64,000 nucleotides of DNA, taken from the NCBI GenBank assembly GCA_047495785.1, contig JBLDXI010000003.1, positions 2,542,001 through 2,606,000 on the forward strand, given 5' to 3'. A model generated the notes under the pieces. That model did no database searches, was not told where the DNA came from, and worked only from the letters and a program-made list of their open reading frames with translations. The translations under genes and the position numbers were made by a program. Source of the DNA: Lepidodermella squamata. Its lineage: Eukaryota; Animalia; Gastrotricha. Positions 50,305 through 63,751 of the stretch are shown here, piece after piece. Numbering within the stretch: position 1 is the stretch's first letter; each line of letters begins with the position of its first letter.

Positions 50305-51562
50305 TAAGATTCCGTAATACCATCACTATGTTTCAGTGCGGAAACATTTCAAAATGGTATTTCCAGTTGCATCACGATTTTAGCGTGCCTGAAGGCTAAT
50401 AAAACATGGACAGCGAATTACTGTCGTTATATTCTTCCATTCAATTTACATTCGTCGTAATCAGACTGAACGGTAGGTTTGAAGCGTTTACTTTCGAAGT
50501 TCAAAAGGGGTTATTCCAAGAAAAATCGCGACTTACAGATCTCTGCAGATCTATGGAGGACTATGGGCTATATCTGTATGATTTTATTAGAAAAATTAAA
50601 AGAGATGCTGGATTTGTTTATTTCATTTGATATTCATCGCCGCTTTCAACATGCGCCAACTTAAAAGCCAGTCAATCTAGTTTGCTAGAGAAATTCGCAT
50701 TAAGCTCAATAAAAGTTGAACGGGAGTGATTGTTTTACAAACTCCGAATATGACGTTGATCGTTCTATGAATTCAAGCGTCCGTCGGCAAATTTCCGTGT
50801 GATTCGATCTGAAAATTCTCCATGATTTTCATTTTATTTGAAATCAAGGTATCTCTGCGTCCGAAGCAAGGTTTGGTGACCGCTCATCGCGCCTGTCAAC
50901 CGCCGAATGGTAGCACAGCTGAAAGTTTAAGCATGTTGGGCAGGTCAAGACAACAGATTCCTCCTTCTTCATTGTCTCCCCGTCGTTTTCGAGAGTACTA
51001 CGATTTCTAACAATGTAAAGCAATCAAAAATTCAAACAATGATTCTTGACCTGGTGAAATTATGCAGACTTGTGGCGGAATCCTGGCGGAAAAAAATCAG
51101 CGATTTGTCATTCAAAAAATGTAATGCGGCTGCGTAGTCCAATTTTAGAAAATATTTTGTTTATATTACTAATTCTATATTATTAATATCAAAATATGGA
51201 TAATATATAAAACTTTGAAAATGATCTTCACGACGGGGCCTGCGCGCTAAATTTTCAATATTTGTTTTTGGTATCTGCAATATTAGCAGCCGCAAAAAAC
51301 CTGTGCACACAAGTCGCATTACGCTTATTACTGGGCGTATTCGCCATTTCTTGGTCCACTTGGGCGCTAGCTAATAAGTATCGGCTTATTCTGTTGTTTT
51401 GCAGCGTCACATTCAGCTGAATTTCGCGCATTCGAGATGAGCAATTCCTTATCTCTTATCTCTGATTGTTGTCTCCGCCATCTTTTGAATCTGATATCTA
51501 TGTGCGACTTTGCCTTTAGACGGAATAACATACCATTCTATCATTTTAGGCGCTTTGTGCAA

Positions 51563-54500
51563 ATGTCCATACTTAAAGTTTATGCAATCATCCTGTTGTT
51601 GCTTCAGTATGGATTAACACAAGATTCGCCTGTCGGAGGAGAAGCGGACACTGGTCCGTGTTCACTATTAGCAGCCCCTTCAGTTAATTGTTCAATTTCT
51701 CGCTTGTTCAAAACATATGGCTCATTGACCGGTATCAACTTTGAAGGATTTGAGCATCTTCTTGAGCATGTTCATGCGGCCGACTATTTTTTTAACCATT
51801 CTCTTATCGAACATCTCGACAACGCTACCAGACAATTCCTGCCTCGCCATATCAGCCATAACCACACTCCGGCTAGTGACGATGAGCCCGAAGAACCCGG
51901 GCCTGTCGAAGGAGGGGAGGAAAAGTCGGCAGAGGTTGCTCTCTCAAAGAAATGTTGTTCGTGTACCGGCGGAGAGAACGCGAACGAGCATAATGAACAT
52001 AAGCATATAGAGAGAAAGCGACTGAAGAAGCGTGAGACCGGTGAATCAATCGACGTTCCAGCTGTGATACAACAGCCGCAGCAAAAGTGTTTCACGCCCG
52101 GTGAAATTATGGCGTCTGTTCAACTTACCACTGAAGACCGGATAACTGCAACAACTTTCAAAGACTTGTGCCCTGTTATTTTGGACCAAATAGACCGTGG
52201 AGCTTGTCTTACGCCACCCAATCTAGGCAAGAAAAAGGCGAAGAAAGAGCATGAAGCAACTGGAGACGGAATCTCTGTCCCACCATTATATGGTATGCAT
52301 TTTTTCATTAAAAAATTGTTCTCATGCATTTCTTTAATAGTTTGGCTGATTGCTCTTGGAGCTGTTACCCTGATTAGTTTATTGGGATTTTTGATCGTGG
52401 CTATCCTACCGTTGATGTATACTGTGTTCTACAATCATTTGCAACAATTTTTGGTCGCTATGGCAGTCGGTACTTTGAGTGGTGATGCAATTCTTCATTT
52501 GATACCACACGCGTTCTTTCCCCATCGTGACGAGGAAGGCGGCGACGAGGAGGAGCACGAAGCTAACCAGCGGCAACTGGTTTGTTTACTTGAGGACAAT
52601 TTGATGCAATTTTATCGAGGCATGTGTTTAGATTTACTTTGGGACGTTGATTTTGGTCGGAATATTGACGCTTTACGTCATTGAACAGTTCATTAACATA
52701 TTCCCGCAGCAACTCGAGAAAAGGCGGTTGGCTAAGGAAAAGGATAAATACAAACAGCAATATTCATCGCCACCGCGTATTTATCTTTCTGCTTCGAGTT
52801 ATTATGTCGGTGAAAAACTGGGCAATCCTCATACGCATGAGGACGACGAGTATGGCGAAGAAGACATTCATTCCAACACAATGGTTAGGTCTAGCTCAAG
52901 AGGCGGCTATTCAGAACGGCATCGATTTTGCTACCCGTTTTACGGGTCGTGCAATGATATTGTTTTCCGACTGCAATCGCGTTCTAGAAACAATTTGCTT
53001 GCCGCAAGTACGTCACGGCCGTTTTCGATGAACGACGCCGGGTCGGATAATGAAAACGCCCCGGAAGCTGTGAAATTTTTACCTCATTCCAGCGGCTCGT
53101 TAGACCGCCATAAGCAACGTAGAGCCAGCGATCGCCCTGGGAATATGGCGTCGAGTTCTACCCGAGATTTCATCTCGAAAACCGGGAAGCAATTGACTAT
53201 GCCTGAAAATGTGATCAGTGAAACTAGCGAGGAGCATAAGCCTGAAGAGCAGAGGACTCCGAGTTTGAATGGTCACGGTCATAGTCACGGTGGAGGAAAT
53301 GGCGAACATGGCCATAGCCATTCGCATAGTTATCATAAAAACGAAAATCAATCATCGCAGCATTCTCATGGCCACGGTCATGGTCACGGTCACGGTCATT
53401 CGCATGGTGCGAAGACGGCTAAACCGGAGCAGGGTAGTCCGAAGAAATCATCTGAGGGGCACGGTCATGGCCATGGCCACTCCCACGGTGCTGGTACGTC
53501 TCATGAAGAGCATGAAGAGCCGAAAGAAACCGGTGGTCACGGTCACGGTCACGGAGGTGGCGGGCATGGGCATGGACACGGCGACGGGTCTTGCACTGGG
53601 TTTGTCTTTGTTTTTCGCATCGATCTTAACCCACCTATAAGCCACTTGATTTTATTCAGAACCGCAATGATGGTTGCTTTCGCCGATATTTTCCACAATT
53701 TTATCGACGGCATGGCTATTGGTTTGTTTAATATTAAATCGTGCCAGACCGTACGTATTTTTACCACACCCAATAGGCGCGGCGTTTACGCAACGACTCG
53801 CCGGAGGCCTCAGCACGTCAATAGCAGTCACTCTCCACGAATTGCCGCACGAACTAGGTACGATTTTTTTTGTCATATCTTCGATCAGTGCACCAGTAGC
53901 GTGCTCGATTTTTTCACTATACACCGCATTAAGACCGAAATTACTGCGGCGAGGCCACGCGGCTCATCAATGATTAATTAAGGCGGCGCTGGCAAGGCCC
54001 GTTTTATTTTCTCTACAGTTAAAACTTTGCTTTTTTTACGCGCTGTTTTGTTGATCAAATAAACGTTAGGAGTTTTTAATGGCGGAAGCGATCCCTGCTC
54101 TTTGTACTTGAATTGCTTTTAATCGATCTTGTGCGCGCATGCCAGGCAGCGGAAGTGTTGCAAAATAAGGTGTATTAAAAAACAGGCCCAATCGTGCGGA
54201 AATTGGCAACCGGGCGGCTCCTCGATGTTGATTACGATGATATTAGACCGAGAAAATTCGCGATTCAATCTGCTCTAAGTGGAATTAGATGGTCGCTATA
54301 TACTTAAATGAAATAAAATATAAAAAATAGAATAAAAATAAACAGCGGGTGCATTGGAATTGAATTTTTTTCTTTTCCCCGCCGCCCAGGGGAGGATTTT
54401 CTTAAGAAAGCGCGCGGTAATTGAATCCGCCGATTTTGATGCGATTTTTTGTTTTGTTATTTAGGTGACTTTGCGCTGCTTCTGCAGGAGGGGCTCAGCA

Positions 54501-54972
54501 TAAAGCGCGGCTTGATGCTAAATGCGCTATCGAGCGTGGTGTGCCTCATCGGTGTTGCGCTCGGCGTTGGTCTCGGCTCAATCCCAATGTTCAACCAGTT
54601 CATATTTTCCGTCGCCGCCGGCATGTTCCTCTACGTATCGTTAGTCACAATGGTGAGTTGATAAATTATAATATAACTGACCCTTGGAAAAGTGGGTCAA
54701 TTAAGATAAGCCGTAATATTTTGACCAGTCGACTCGGATGATGATGATAAGAAATTAACTCGTATTTATTTTTATCGAATCGTGTTTAACAGCTGCCGCA
54801 GGTATCGTCGATAAAAACGAAGCCGGACGAGAACCCGTACAAACACTTGGCTTATCAGTTGTTCGGCGTGCTCTGCGGCATTGGATTAATGTTTCTGATC
54901 GCCATGTACGAGGAACGCCTGCAGGAGGCTATTGTCACGCTAGTCATAGCTACAGGATTAACAGATTCCTGA
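51563..54972 (+). CDS. ZIP zinc transporter, LIV-1 subfamily (ZIP6/ZIP10/foi-like)
   Basis: Signal peptide, LCPVILDQI ectodomain motif, AVGTLSGDAILHLIPH, (HG)n His-rich loop, HNFIDG, HELPHELGDFALLL, AGMFLYVSL. Confidence 0.92.
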
Positions 54973-56257
54973 ATTTCGAGGCGGCATTTTTTACGACGAG
55001 GCATACAAAAAAATACATGACAGAAAAAACAACACAAACCAAATCGATTCTTTCGCTAAAAATAAATTTACCAATTTTTCGATAATTTCTAATCATTATT
55101 ATTGTTATTAATCGTGTCGATCACAACGCTATGCAACCCGCTTTTTCCGCGCCTTCTTATTCCATGTTTTTTTGAATCGAACTATATAAAATGACTACCG
55201 ATAAAAAAAATCGCGTCGATATTTGCCAAGTTCCATAATATTTTTATGTGAAGACGGTTATTTGCTCTTGTTGCGCCGGTGCATTTTATGATGACTTATT
55301 TGCGAGAGAAAAATTCATTCATTTTAGGCTACCTACTACGTGTATTTGCGTAGAGACATACTTACACACAAGCAGGTATATTTATTGGCCAAAAAAACTT
55401 GATAATAATTCGTTTTTATATATTCATGCATCAGTGCGTTGTTATGATAACAAAATTTCGTTTGTTCAAATTTGGCGAGTGAAAACATGAAAATAATGTC
55501 CCGTATACCCAACCTACCTGGTGTTGTGAGTGATGAGCGATAACAAGTACCACTTGCGATTCATCTGCTGCTTTTCTTGTTGAGTAAACTTGACCTTTTT
55601 CATGGTGATTTTTTACCTCCCTTTAAAAATTGTATGTTCAATTGTTTAAATAATAATAATGATTGATGTACCAAAACTCAAAATTCAGGTTAAAAAATGA
55701 TTGCACATCGAGGTTGTTACTCTTGTAGTCTTGACGCGGCTATATTTTCATCCTGGCGTCGGAATCAATTCAGTTGTGATTTTTGAGTATAATTATATAC
55801 CGCGTAAATTTTTCCCGATTTTTTCTTTGATTTTTATGTATAATCGATTTATTTATGGAAAAATTCATGTATTTGTTTTTTTACCTATTTCATCTCTTCG
55901 ACTCTTTACATGTTTCACGCATAATTTCTGTGTCTACGAAGTACTACCGATGATTCTGATGATTTCTTTTTTGATACTTTTAACGGCACTCAGAGGGAAA
56001 CTCGGAAAAACTAATTGCAATTCCACGGATAATTATATGAAAAAAATATCCTCGATTTTTTGTTGAATGATTGAATGTTTCTAATCGCATCACGGAAAAG
56101 TATCCTGCCTATATTTATTCATATAATGGTGAATGATTTTCCTTTGGTCAGTAATGTTGCAAACTATTTTGCTAAATTCTATATATATATATATTACAAT
56201 ATTAAGATAGTGAATAAAAAAATAATGTCGATAGCAACAGCGAAAAAATTGCTGTGC

Positions 56258-56512
56258 TCATTCACACGGTAGAACAATTTGTCTGGTTGCACTCGAAATG
56301 CTCGCTCCTGGCAAAAAAGTGATTAATATTTTCTTTCCAGAATAGACTATCAAAACACATAGCAAAGATGCGAAAATTGCTCCCGCGGCTATAAAACACA
56401 ACGGCGTAAGAACCGTATCTGACACTCGTTCTGCATTTGTGGGTATCAAATACAACGTATGAAAAACAACGATCGCAGCAGTGAGAACCGGGCCCGCTGA
56501 GCTTCTGTTCAT
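56258..56512 (-). CDS. Possible small membrane protein (signal-like segment + one TM)
   Basis: ATG ORF 93 nt downstream of the DEG/ENaC stop, with two hydrophobic segments; no recognisable homology. Confidence 0.25.
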   Translation of the reverse strand: MNRSSAGPVLTAAIVVFHTLYLIPTNAERVSDTVLTPLCFIAAGAIFASLLCVLIVYSGKKILITFLPGASISSATRQIVLPCE

Positions 56513-56605
56513 GATAAGCCGCGTTAAAAAAACCAGACCCGATAACAGCGTAACACAACAGGTGTTTTATTCTATCAGCATGTCTTTTTCGCGTGAAAAA
56601 ACAAG

Positions 56606-58611
56606 TCATAAAACTGGATCGATTGGTTCCTGGATAGGTATGATAAATGATGAGCGGTGATCACCCAGACTTGGCTGCTGGGTTATCGATTTTTTCGATT
56701 CTTCCTGTGCGCAAGGTTTCGTGTTGCTACCAGGGGTTTCCTGGCGGCTTTTAACGTTGCTGCTGATAAGGTTGAGATAAGCTCTGTAGAGGAAAATGAC
56801 GCATATTTCGATGATTTGAAACATCGTGATGACAGATATGCCCATTAGCAGGCCCATGTTTCCTCCAATGTTTCCTGAGTGCAAGATAGAAGAGAGTATA
56901 TTGATCGGATTTCAAGTGCTTTGCCAAACTGAAAAGTTTGAATATCGAAGCCCGAATAAAGAAAAAAAATGAAAGCGAAAATTATTTTAGGATCTTGGTG
57001 CTGCCTTTAGATTCAGTTTAAGCTACCGCCGAATTTCATTTTTTGATTCCATACGATTGGAACGGACAGCTCTGAATACCAATGAGAAATGAGAAGTTCT
57101 GGACTCTAACTGAACCCTCTGATGCTTGATGAATCTTAGTGCGAACAACAGCTAATAATTATGAATCTTCACTGCATTTTTTGCATGGTGATGATTCATA
57201 ATTTGTGCAAAAAGACCGCATCAAGAATGAAATGAACAGGCAACACAAATGTAGGGTTTCCCCATTCGATAAGTAATAGTGACAATTAGGCATACCTAGC
57301 AGCGTCTCTACTGACATGTCTTGTTCCCTTTTAAGTATCGTCTGGGCTATCTCATTGAAATATACATCAATAATCATGATTTTCGATGGGTTCAGGCTGC
57401 TACTTTGAGCCTGGCGCTGAAGAAGGGGGGCATAGGAAACCTGGAATATACAAGAGAATTGAAATTTTCAGTATGACTGGCCTATGGGTATGACTAACTG
57501 TGGTCTCATATGAATTCTCATCGCATCCAACAGTGCAGCTGCACACGCTCTCGTAGTTCGTGTCGAAAAACCCTAGAGAAGGACGTTTAGGAGTTTTAGG
57601 TATTTGGAAGATTTCGCTGTCTCTAACCTTTCTTCTCCTGGTAACAAGTCCAGCCATCGTCGTCGCATAAAGGATAGGAGCTGTCTTCGTATGGTGAACA
57701 GTCGCATTCGTCCTCAAGGAATCGTGTCTTACAGCTATTGATGCACCCTGCTCGATTATGGGGTAGAGGCATTTCGTAGTTCATATCCAAGCTACAGTTT
57801 CCATAGGGCGGGCCCAGTTCTATGGTCTGTATAATCAAGAGTTTACAAGAGTAATTGCAGCTTCGCGAAAAGATCTTACCCTTGTCTGCCGAACGGCGAT
57901 GTAAGCATGCTGACCAGGAGCCACAGGAATGCCGCGATTTTCAACCAGGGCTGGTTCACTGGGCGAATGAACGGCAACTCGGAGTCCGATCTCCGTTATG
58001 TTCAGCGATCGTTCGTAATTCAAGGTATCGTCGAGAATCTCATGCGTTAGATTCAGCACCAGATACAGCCCGTTTTCACTGCCAGGCAGCAATCTAGTTG
58101 AGTGATTTCCCGAGGAGTCTTTGTCATTGGCGGGTGGATAGAACGTGAAGCAATTGCCTAACCAATGACGCCGCAGTATGAAGGATGATGCGTTGCATTT
58201 TTGGTGGAAACGGCACTCGTGCATCTCGAGAGTAAGATTCCAACCGAAATATCGCTCACTACCAGTCAAAACGCTCGATCCGTTATGAACTACGACGAAG
58301 TTATTGTTGCATAGCGTTACAGCTGGGAAGTCTACCTCATCAAATTGACGAATGAAGACAACGTGAGTTTTATAGCTGAAGTAGTCTTCAATAGACAATC
58401 CAACTAGGAAGATAGTTCCGCCGATAGCAACCAGTAGAATTGTTACCCAAAATATCCTGAGAGGAAGCAGGTTTGTTGTCCAGGGCTTCGCGCAGCCATC
58501 TGCGTGTGCTGTTAGGGCGAAGTGATAACATATGCTTTCAGCATACTTTTCACTGTACAGCTCTTCGTCTAGAACGCGTTTTTTTGTCGCTTTTTGATAT
58601 AAACTCGGCAT
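56606..58611 (-). CDS. DEG/ENaC (ASIC-like) channel subunit 1
   Basis: TM1 (RIFWVTILL), FPAVTLCN, GNCFTF, GLYLVL, GLRVAVH, Cys-rich thumb, GNIGGNMGLLMGISVIT. Confidence 0.9.
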
Positions 58612-58863
58612 TTTACTTCGGTGAGAAAAAAGAGCGGAAACTATCCCGAAGTTACATACTGTGGCAAATTAAACAGGTGCGCCAAATTCTAAGAATTACG
58701 GCACAGGTGACAGAATTTTCCCGTGTATGACGTGATCTTCGTTAGCAAACTCATGTTTTATCTCAAGCGGAATATATCACCTGTTGAACTAATGGGTGCG
58801 GCTAGTTTAAATACCCTGAGGGCCAAAGGATAAAACTGCAGTTTCGGATAGTTTTTTGTAAAC

Positions 58864-59531
58864 ATGCGAATTTTGATTGTTTTGTCGATCGCGGCGTTTG
58901 TCGCTGCGGCTCACGCCATGGATAATTCACCTGACGATGAATCTCCGGTATAAGTTTAATAAGGTCATATTCAGCTGGTATTAAGTTTTGTTCACAGGTT
59001 TCGCGTGGCTACGGAGTTCAAGTTAGAGGAAAAATCGCCGCTAGACGACCTTCACAAGGCGGCACAGTCAGTTCTTCTGCTCAATACAAAGCCGCAAAAA
59101 CTACGATGAAGAGCAGCAAGAAGGCTGGAAAGCCTAAAACAAAGAAATCCATCAAGTCTAAGAAGGCTAAGAAGGCGCTTCGCGGGAAGGATCTGAAAAA
59201 GTTGCTTAAAAAGACCTTAAAGAATGCGATCACGTCTGGCGATCTCCGCAACTGGGTCAAGAAGTTCAAGAAGCAGTCGAAGAAGGGAGCATCTCGCTCA
59301 AAGAAAGCAGGTCGCAAAAACCGCGGCGCTGCTCGCCGAGTCACCAAGGCTGGACGCAAGAGCCGCGGAGGTCTAAAGAATCGTGGCCAACTTCAGGCAC
59401 GCAAGAACCGCTTCATGGCTGCGCGCAAAAACCGCGATCGCCGATTCCGCCGTGAACGCCCCAATACCCGAGACCGTCGCTCCCGCGCTTTGCGCCTTCT
59501 GGCTGCGCGCAATCGGCTTCGGAAGAATTAA
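58864..59531 (+). CDS. Secreted highly cationic Lys/Arg-rich protein
   Basis: Exon 1 MRILIVLSIAAFVAAAHA-MDNSPDDESP; intron 58948-58997; exon 2 in frame with ORF 59106-59531; AATAAA downstream. Confidence 0.8.
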
Positions 59532-59632
59532 CTCCTTAAATTAGTTTAAATTCAACCGTAGAATAAGAATAGTTAGATACTATTTTATTTCATAAATAAA
59601 AGCTGCAGGGTGAATTTGCGTGAGTCATTCTA

Positions 59633-61497
59633 TTATAAACTAGCTTCTTGTTCAATATAATCAGAATAATGTTCGCTATCTTGTTCGAAAGATTGATTTT
59701 CATGAGAATTATCGAGGCTGTCTAGCGGAAGAACGTCTTTGGTAATAGTTTCTTCTACGACACTTTCAGTTGGTTCATAAGTGGTCACGGTGTCCGCAAA
59801 ATGAACAGTTGATACGCGCCGGTTGTGACCAGGATGTACTGCGTCTTCGATTGTCACTGAATTTCTGTAGGGCTTCGTGACATTTCTATTTATCTGCCGT
59901 TGCAGACTGCTTGATCGCCGAACCAACCAGAGTATCACGATTTCGACAAATTCGCAAATCGTAATCACCGAAATTCCCATTAAAAGTCCCAGATTACCTC
60001 CAATATTTGCTAGAAAAACACGTAACAATCAAAATTGCTAAAGTTAGGAAATATTTTAAGCTACCAAACAAGGTTGCTAATGTCATAGCCGGCTGCCTGT
60101 TGATGACAGTTTGTATGGTGTCTCCAAAAAACACATCAACCACGATCAAGTGAGTACTTTTGTTCTGGTAACCGCTTTTCATCCTTTCAATTATCGGGGC
60201 ATACGAGACAGATGCCTCATATAACTCTTCCACGCAACCAGCTGTGCATTGTGAGCAGATTTCTGTAAAATTGGCTTCGACTTTGCCTTCGTTGAAATTA
60301 ATTCAAAATTTGGATCCTGTATCGAAAATGTGGTTACCTCTTGCTGATTGGTAGCATTGAATACCTTTGTCGTCGCAAAGTTCGGAACTACAGTTGTCGC
60401 CTTCGTACATAGAACAGCCACACGCTTCGCACATGTACTTGTTTTTGCAGTAGTTGGCACATCCTGCAAAAGATTGAGGTTGCCCTCCACTTGGATAGTC
60501 CATGTTTTCTGAACATTTGCCAATTGGGGGAGTTTGATCGAGCATCTGAAGAAAACGACGCGATAAATAAAATCGCAGTAAAAGAAGTTTCCCTTACTGT
60601 AGTTTGCTTCAAATCCAAGTAGAGATGTTGCCCTGGTCCGACAGGTATTCCTCTCATTTCGGCTAAAGATGGCTCGTAAGGCGGATGAATGGCTATGCGC
60701 AGCCCTAAATCAGTGATGTTTACAATATTTGAACGCGGTTCAAAATTGATTCGGTTATCTACAATCTCATGGTTGACGTCTAGAACCAAATAAAGTCCAT
60801 TTCCAGATCCCGCAATTACTGGTTCCTCCTTAGGCATGAAAGTGTAACAAAGTCCCAGCCATGTTGATTTTACATCGAAATTCTTAAAAAGAATAGTGAT
60901 CCCTTTTAATCTATGAGACAGCTGAGCTGACCTTACCTTGATGGAACATTCCTGCCGGTGATATTCGCAAACTAGCAATTCCTTGGTCATATTCCACATA
61001 AAATACTGGAGAGGAGATTCAACCTCATCATCTTCGTCCCGGTTTTTAAATACTGGCCTTTCCGACAAGGCAGGAGAAAATTGACGACGAATCTTTGCAA
61101 GTCTATCTATTCTGTATTTCACAGCTTCATCTGCATCATCGATAGGGTTAACCAACAGATTCGCATTACAAACAGTTATCGCAGGGAAAACCACTGTCCC
61201 TCGACTTTGAGAGTATTCAATGACGCTATTATAGCTGAAGTATTCGATCACCGTTGATGTTACAAAATAAATAGTCCCCGTCCCTGCTGCTAGTAATACG
61301 GCAATCCACGCCACTTGAAGCCATATAACGTTCGTTGTCCACGGTTTCGCACAGCCATCAATGTTGGCTTGCATAGAAAAGTGGTAGCACAAGTTGTCCG
61401 CATGGCTATCTGAGTAAACTTCGTCTGAATAGATGAGACCCCTCGGATTTGTCGGACTTGAGGGCCGAGATGCTCGAGGTCGAATTAGGCGTGGCAT
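59633..61497 (-). CDS. DEG/ENaC (ASIC-like) channel subunit 2, tandem paralogue
   Basis: FPAITVCN, GLCYTF, GLYLVLDV, GLRIAIH, Cys-rich thumb, ANIGGNLGLLMGISVITICE. Confidence 0.9.
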
Positions 61498-61925
61498 GAA
61501 TAACTCCGACTGGTTGAGTTGAGTCCATCACAGGAGCACTATTACCGGACTAGGGACGTTTCGCTATTATTCCTTATCACATGAAGCGATTCATTTTACT
61601 AAGCTACCCCTTTTCATTTATCTCGAAGACATAAAAATTGTCCAGATGATTACATTTTTCTCTGATATCTCCGTTATTTCCGAGAAAGCGACAAGGCTGT
61701 GATAATTTTTAATCTGACAGAGCGCGGACTCTCAGTGATAAAAATAGAGTACAACATCACGGGGAAATACGCACGTGTCTTTTCAACCAGGGGTGGGAAA
61801 GTTGTCGCCATCTGAAGCTGGGGATATTTGACGCCATGATGCAGCTTGAATTTCTCCCACACTGCCGCGGGGGAACCTTATAAATAAGATGTTGATTACA
61901 CTTGATTGCTGAAATTGATTGAAAA

Positions 61926-63155
61926 ATGGTTTGGTATCAGATAGCAACATTAACATTGTCTGTGACAATACTTGTGACACAAATCGCTGCAGGCGTAAGC
62001 TAACTTCAGCTATATTAATTTTTAAATAAGATTAGGTATTTCTTCAATAAGGACGTGGGTACTTCTGAAGGCATTGCCAAGCGACGATTCCGCGGATTTT
62101 TCGCCCCAAAACCGGCGCCAAGACCTGCTCCTCCACCACCCCCACCTTCACCTCCAAGATTTTCGCATGTAATGCCCGCTGTGATCATGCCTCCGCGACC
62201 ACAAGCCCCACCACGCTTTGTTCCACCCACACCAGTGCATGTGCCATCCGTAGTGGCGGATGTCCAGGCTCCGCCAGTGGCACCACCTTCTCCAGTGGCT
62301 CCGCCCGAACCTGTGCCGGTCCAGTCGGTTGCATCAATGTTGCATTCTGCTCCTGTGCCTGTTGAGGTTCCACAAGTGGCGCCACGACCTGAGGTTCAAA
62401 CTCCTGAGGCACAGCCAACTGCAACGCCTGAACCTACTCCATCACCGCCAGCTGTGGAGCCTGAGGTTTCGCCAAAAAACACTCAACCAAGTGCATCTGC
62501 ACCGGCAGCCCCTGCCTCGATTGCTAAAGAGCCCTCCGCCAAAACTGCTGAAGTTGACATGACAACTTCTACTTCCTGGGAAGTGTCAGAATCGACGTCG
62601 GCTTCGCCAAGTCCTATGGCCTCACACCCATCATCAACCCCAACTGTCAACCTGGAGTCAACCACGATTGCCACCTCGTCTGAAGCAACTAATGCCGAAT
62701 CCGTCCAAACAACTTCAACGCCAGCGCCTTCTGTCCAACTGTTAGGTATATGAAACTGACTTCATTCGTGCCAACATGCTAATGATTATTTTATAGGTGA
62801 GAGTAGTTCTCAAAATGAAGCGGAAAACGGGAATGAGAAGCCGCCAACGCAAGATATAGATTCCTTGGGAACTAACTTTTCAGGCAAGGAATCGGATGAG
62901 CTAAATAATGTCCAACCAGCAGTTGAAAAATTGGAAGAGCCAGAACTTCAAGCTTCTATTTCAAGGGCCAAGATAATGCCCAAGTTTAACAAACCGAAGT
63001 ATCCTGCCGTGGCTCAGCCAGAGGAAGATGAAATTACTGATGATGATAACGAAAAAGAAGAAGAAGAAGAAGATCTTTTGGATGAGCCCGAAGATGAGCC
63101 CGAAGATGAGCCCGAAGACGAAGGGTTTTATTTTGAATTTGATGAAGATTACTGA
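61926..63155 (+). CDS. Secreted Pro/Ser/Thr-rich (mucin-like) protein with acidic tail
   Basis: Signal exon MVWYQIATLTLSVTILVTQIAAG; introns 61995-62051 and 62746-62796 keep the frame; Pro-rich, then S/T-rich, then D/E-rich with 3x gatgagcccgaa repeats. Confidence 0.75.
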
Positions 63156-63751
63156 TTCAATCTGCGATCATTATCTTCTATTATACATCTTTCTGAAAGC
63201 GAATGATTTCAAGTGTTGAGTAACTGGTTGAATAAAAGGTGCAATCGATACGAAGAATTAAGTGAAATTCTTAGTTACTTATTATTCTTTGTAGACAAGC
63301 ATCCCCAACATAGCTCACACCTGCACAGTGACTTACCTGAGATAATCTCGAAGAGATCAACTCATGCTATCCAATCAGAAACTTTTTCATCATTTCGTTC
63401 ACATGATTTATATTATTGGTAATGTGCCTACTCATCTTCAGGAGCCGTAGACCTAATTCAATGAGAGGAAACCTATCGGAAGATTATCTCGCCATCAGCA
63501 ATCGTCGGCTCAAACTGCAACGTGCATATCCAGTTGCTTATTCACTTATTTTAATGTGATTTTTATCACCTGTGACCTATTCACTGGAAAAAGGATCCAG
63601 AATACTGCCCTAATACGTCAGTATCTGCCCGTGAGACCAGCCACCTTGAGCACGACTGCATTAACACATGCTGAATCTCACGATATTCGCACCTTATAAA
63701 CAATTCTTCATCTAACCATTGCCCTTTTTAGTATTTCGAAAAGAGCAAGAG

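Noticed and set aside
53269-53585. Repetitive ggtcac/ggccat runs as a tandem array
   Set aside because: They encode the normal His-Gly-rich cytoplasmic loop of LIV-1 ZIP transporters.
59106-59531. Histone H1 or protamine call for the basic ORF
   Set aside because: No winged-helix globular domain, and an in-frame signal-peptide exon lies upstream.
63081-63120. 12-bp tandem repeat gatgagcccgaa
   Set aside because: Coding DEPE repeat; no spacers, not CRISPR.
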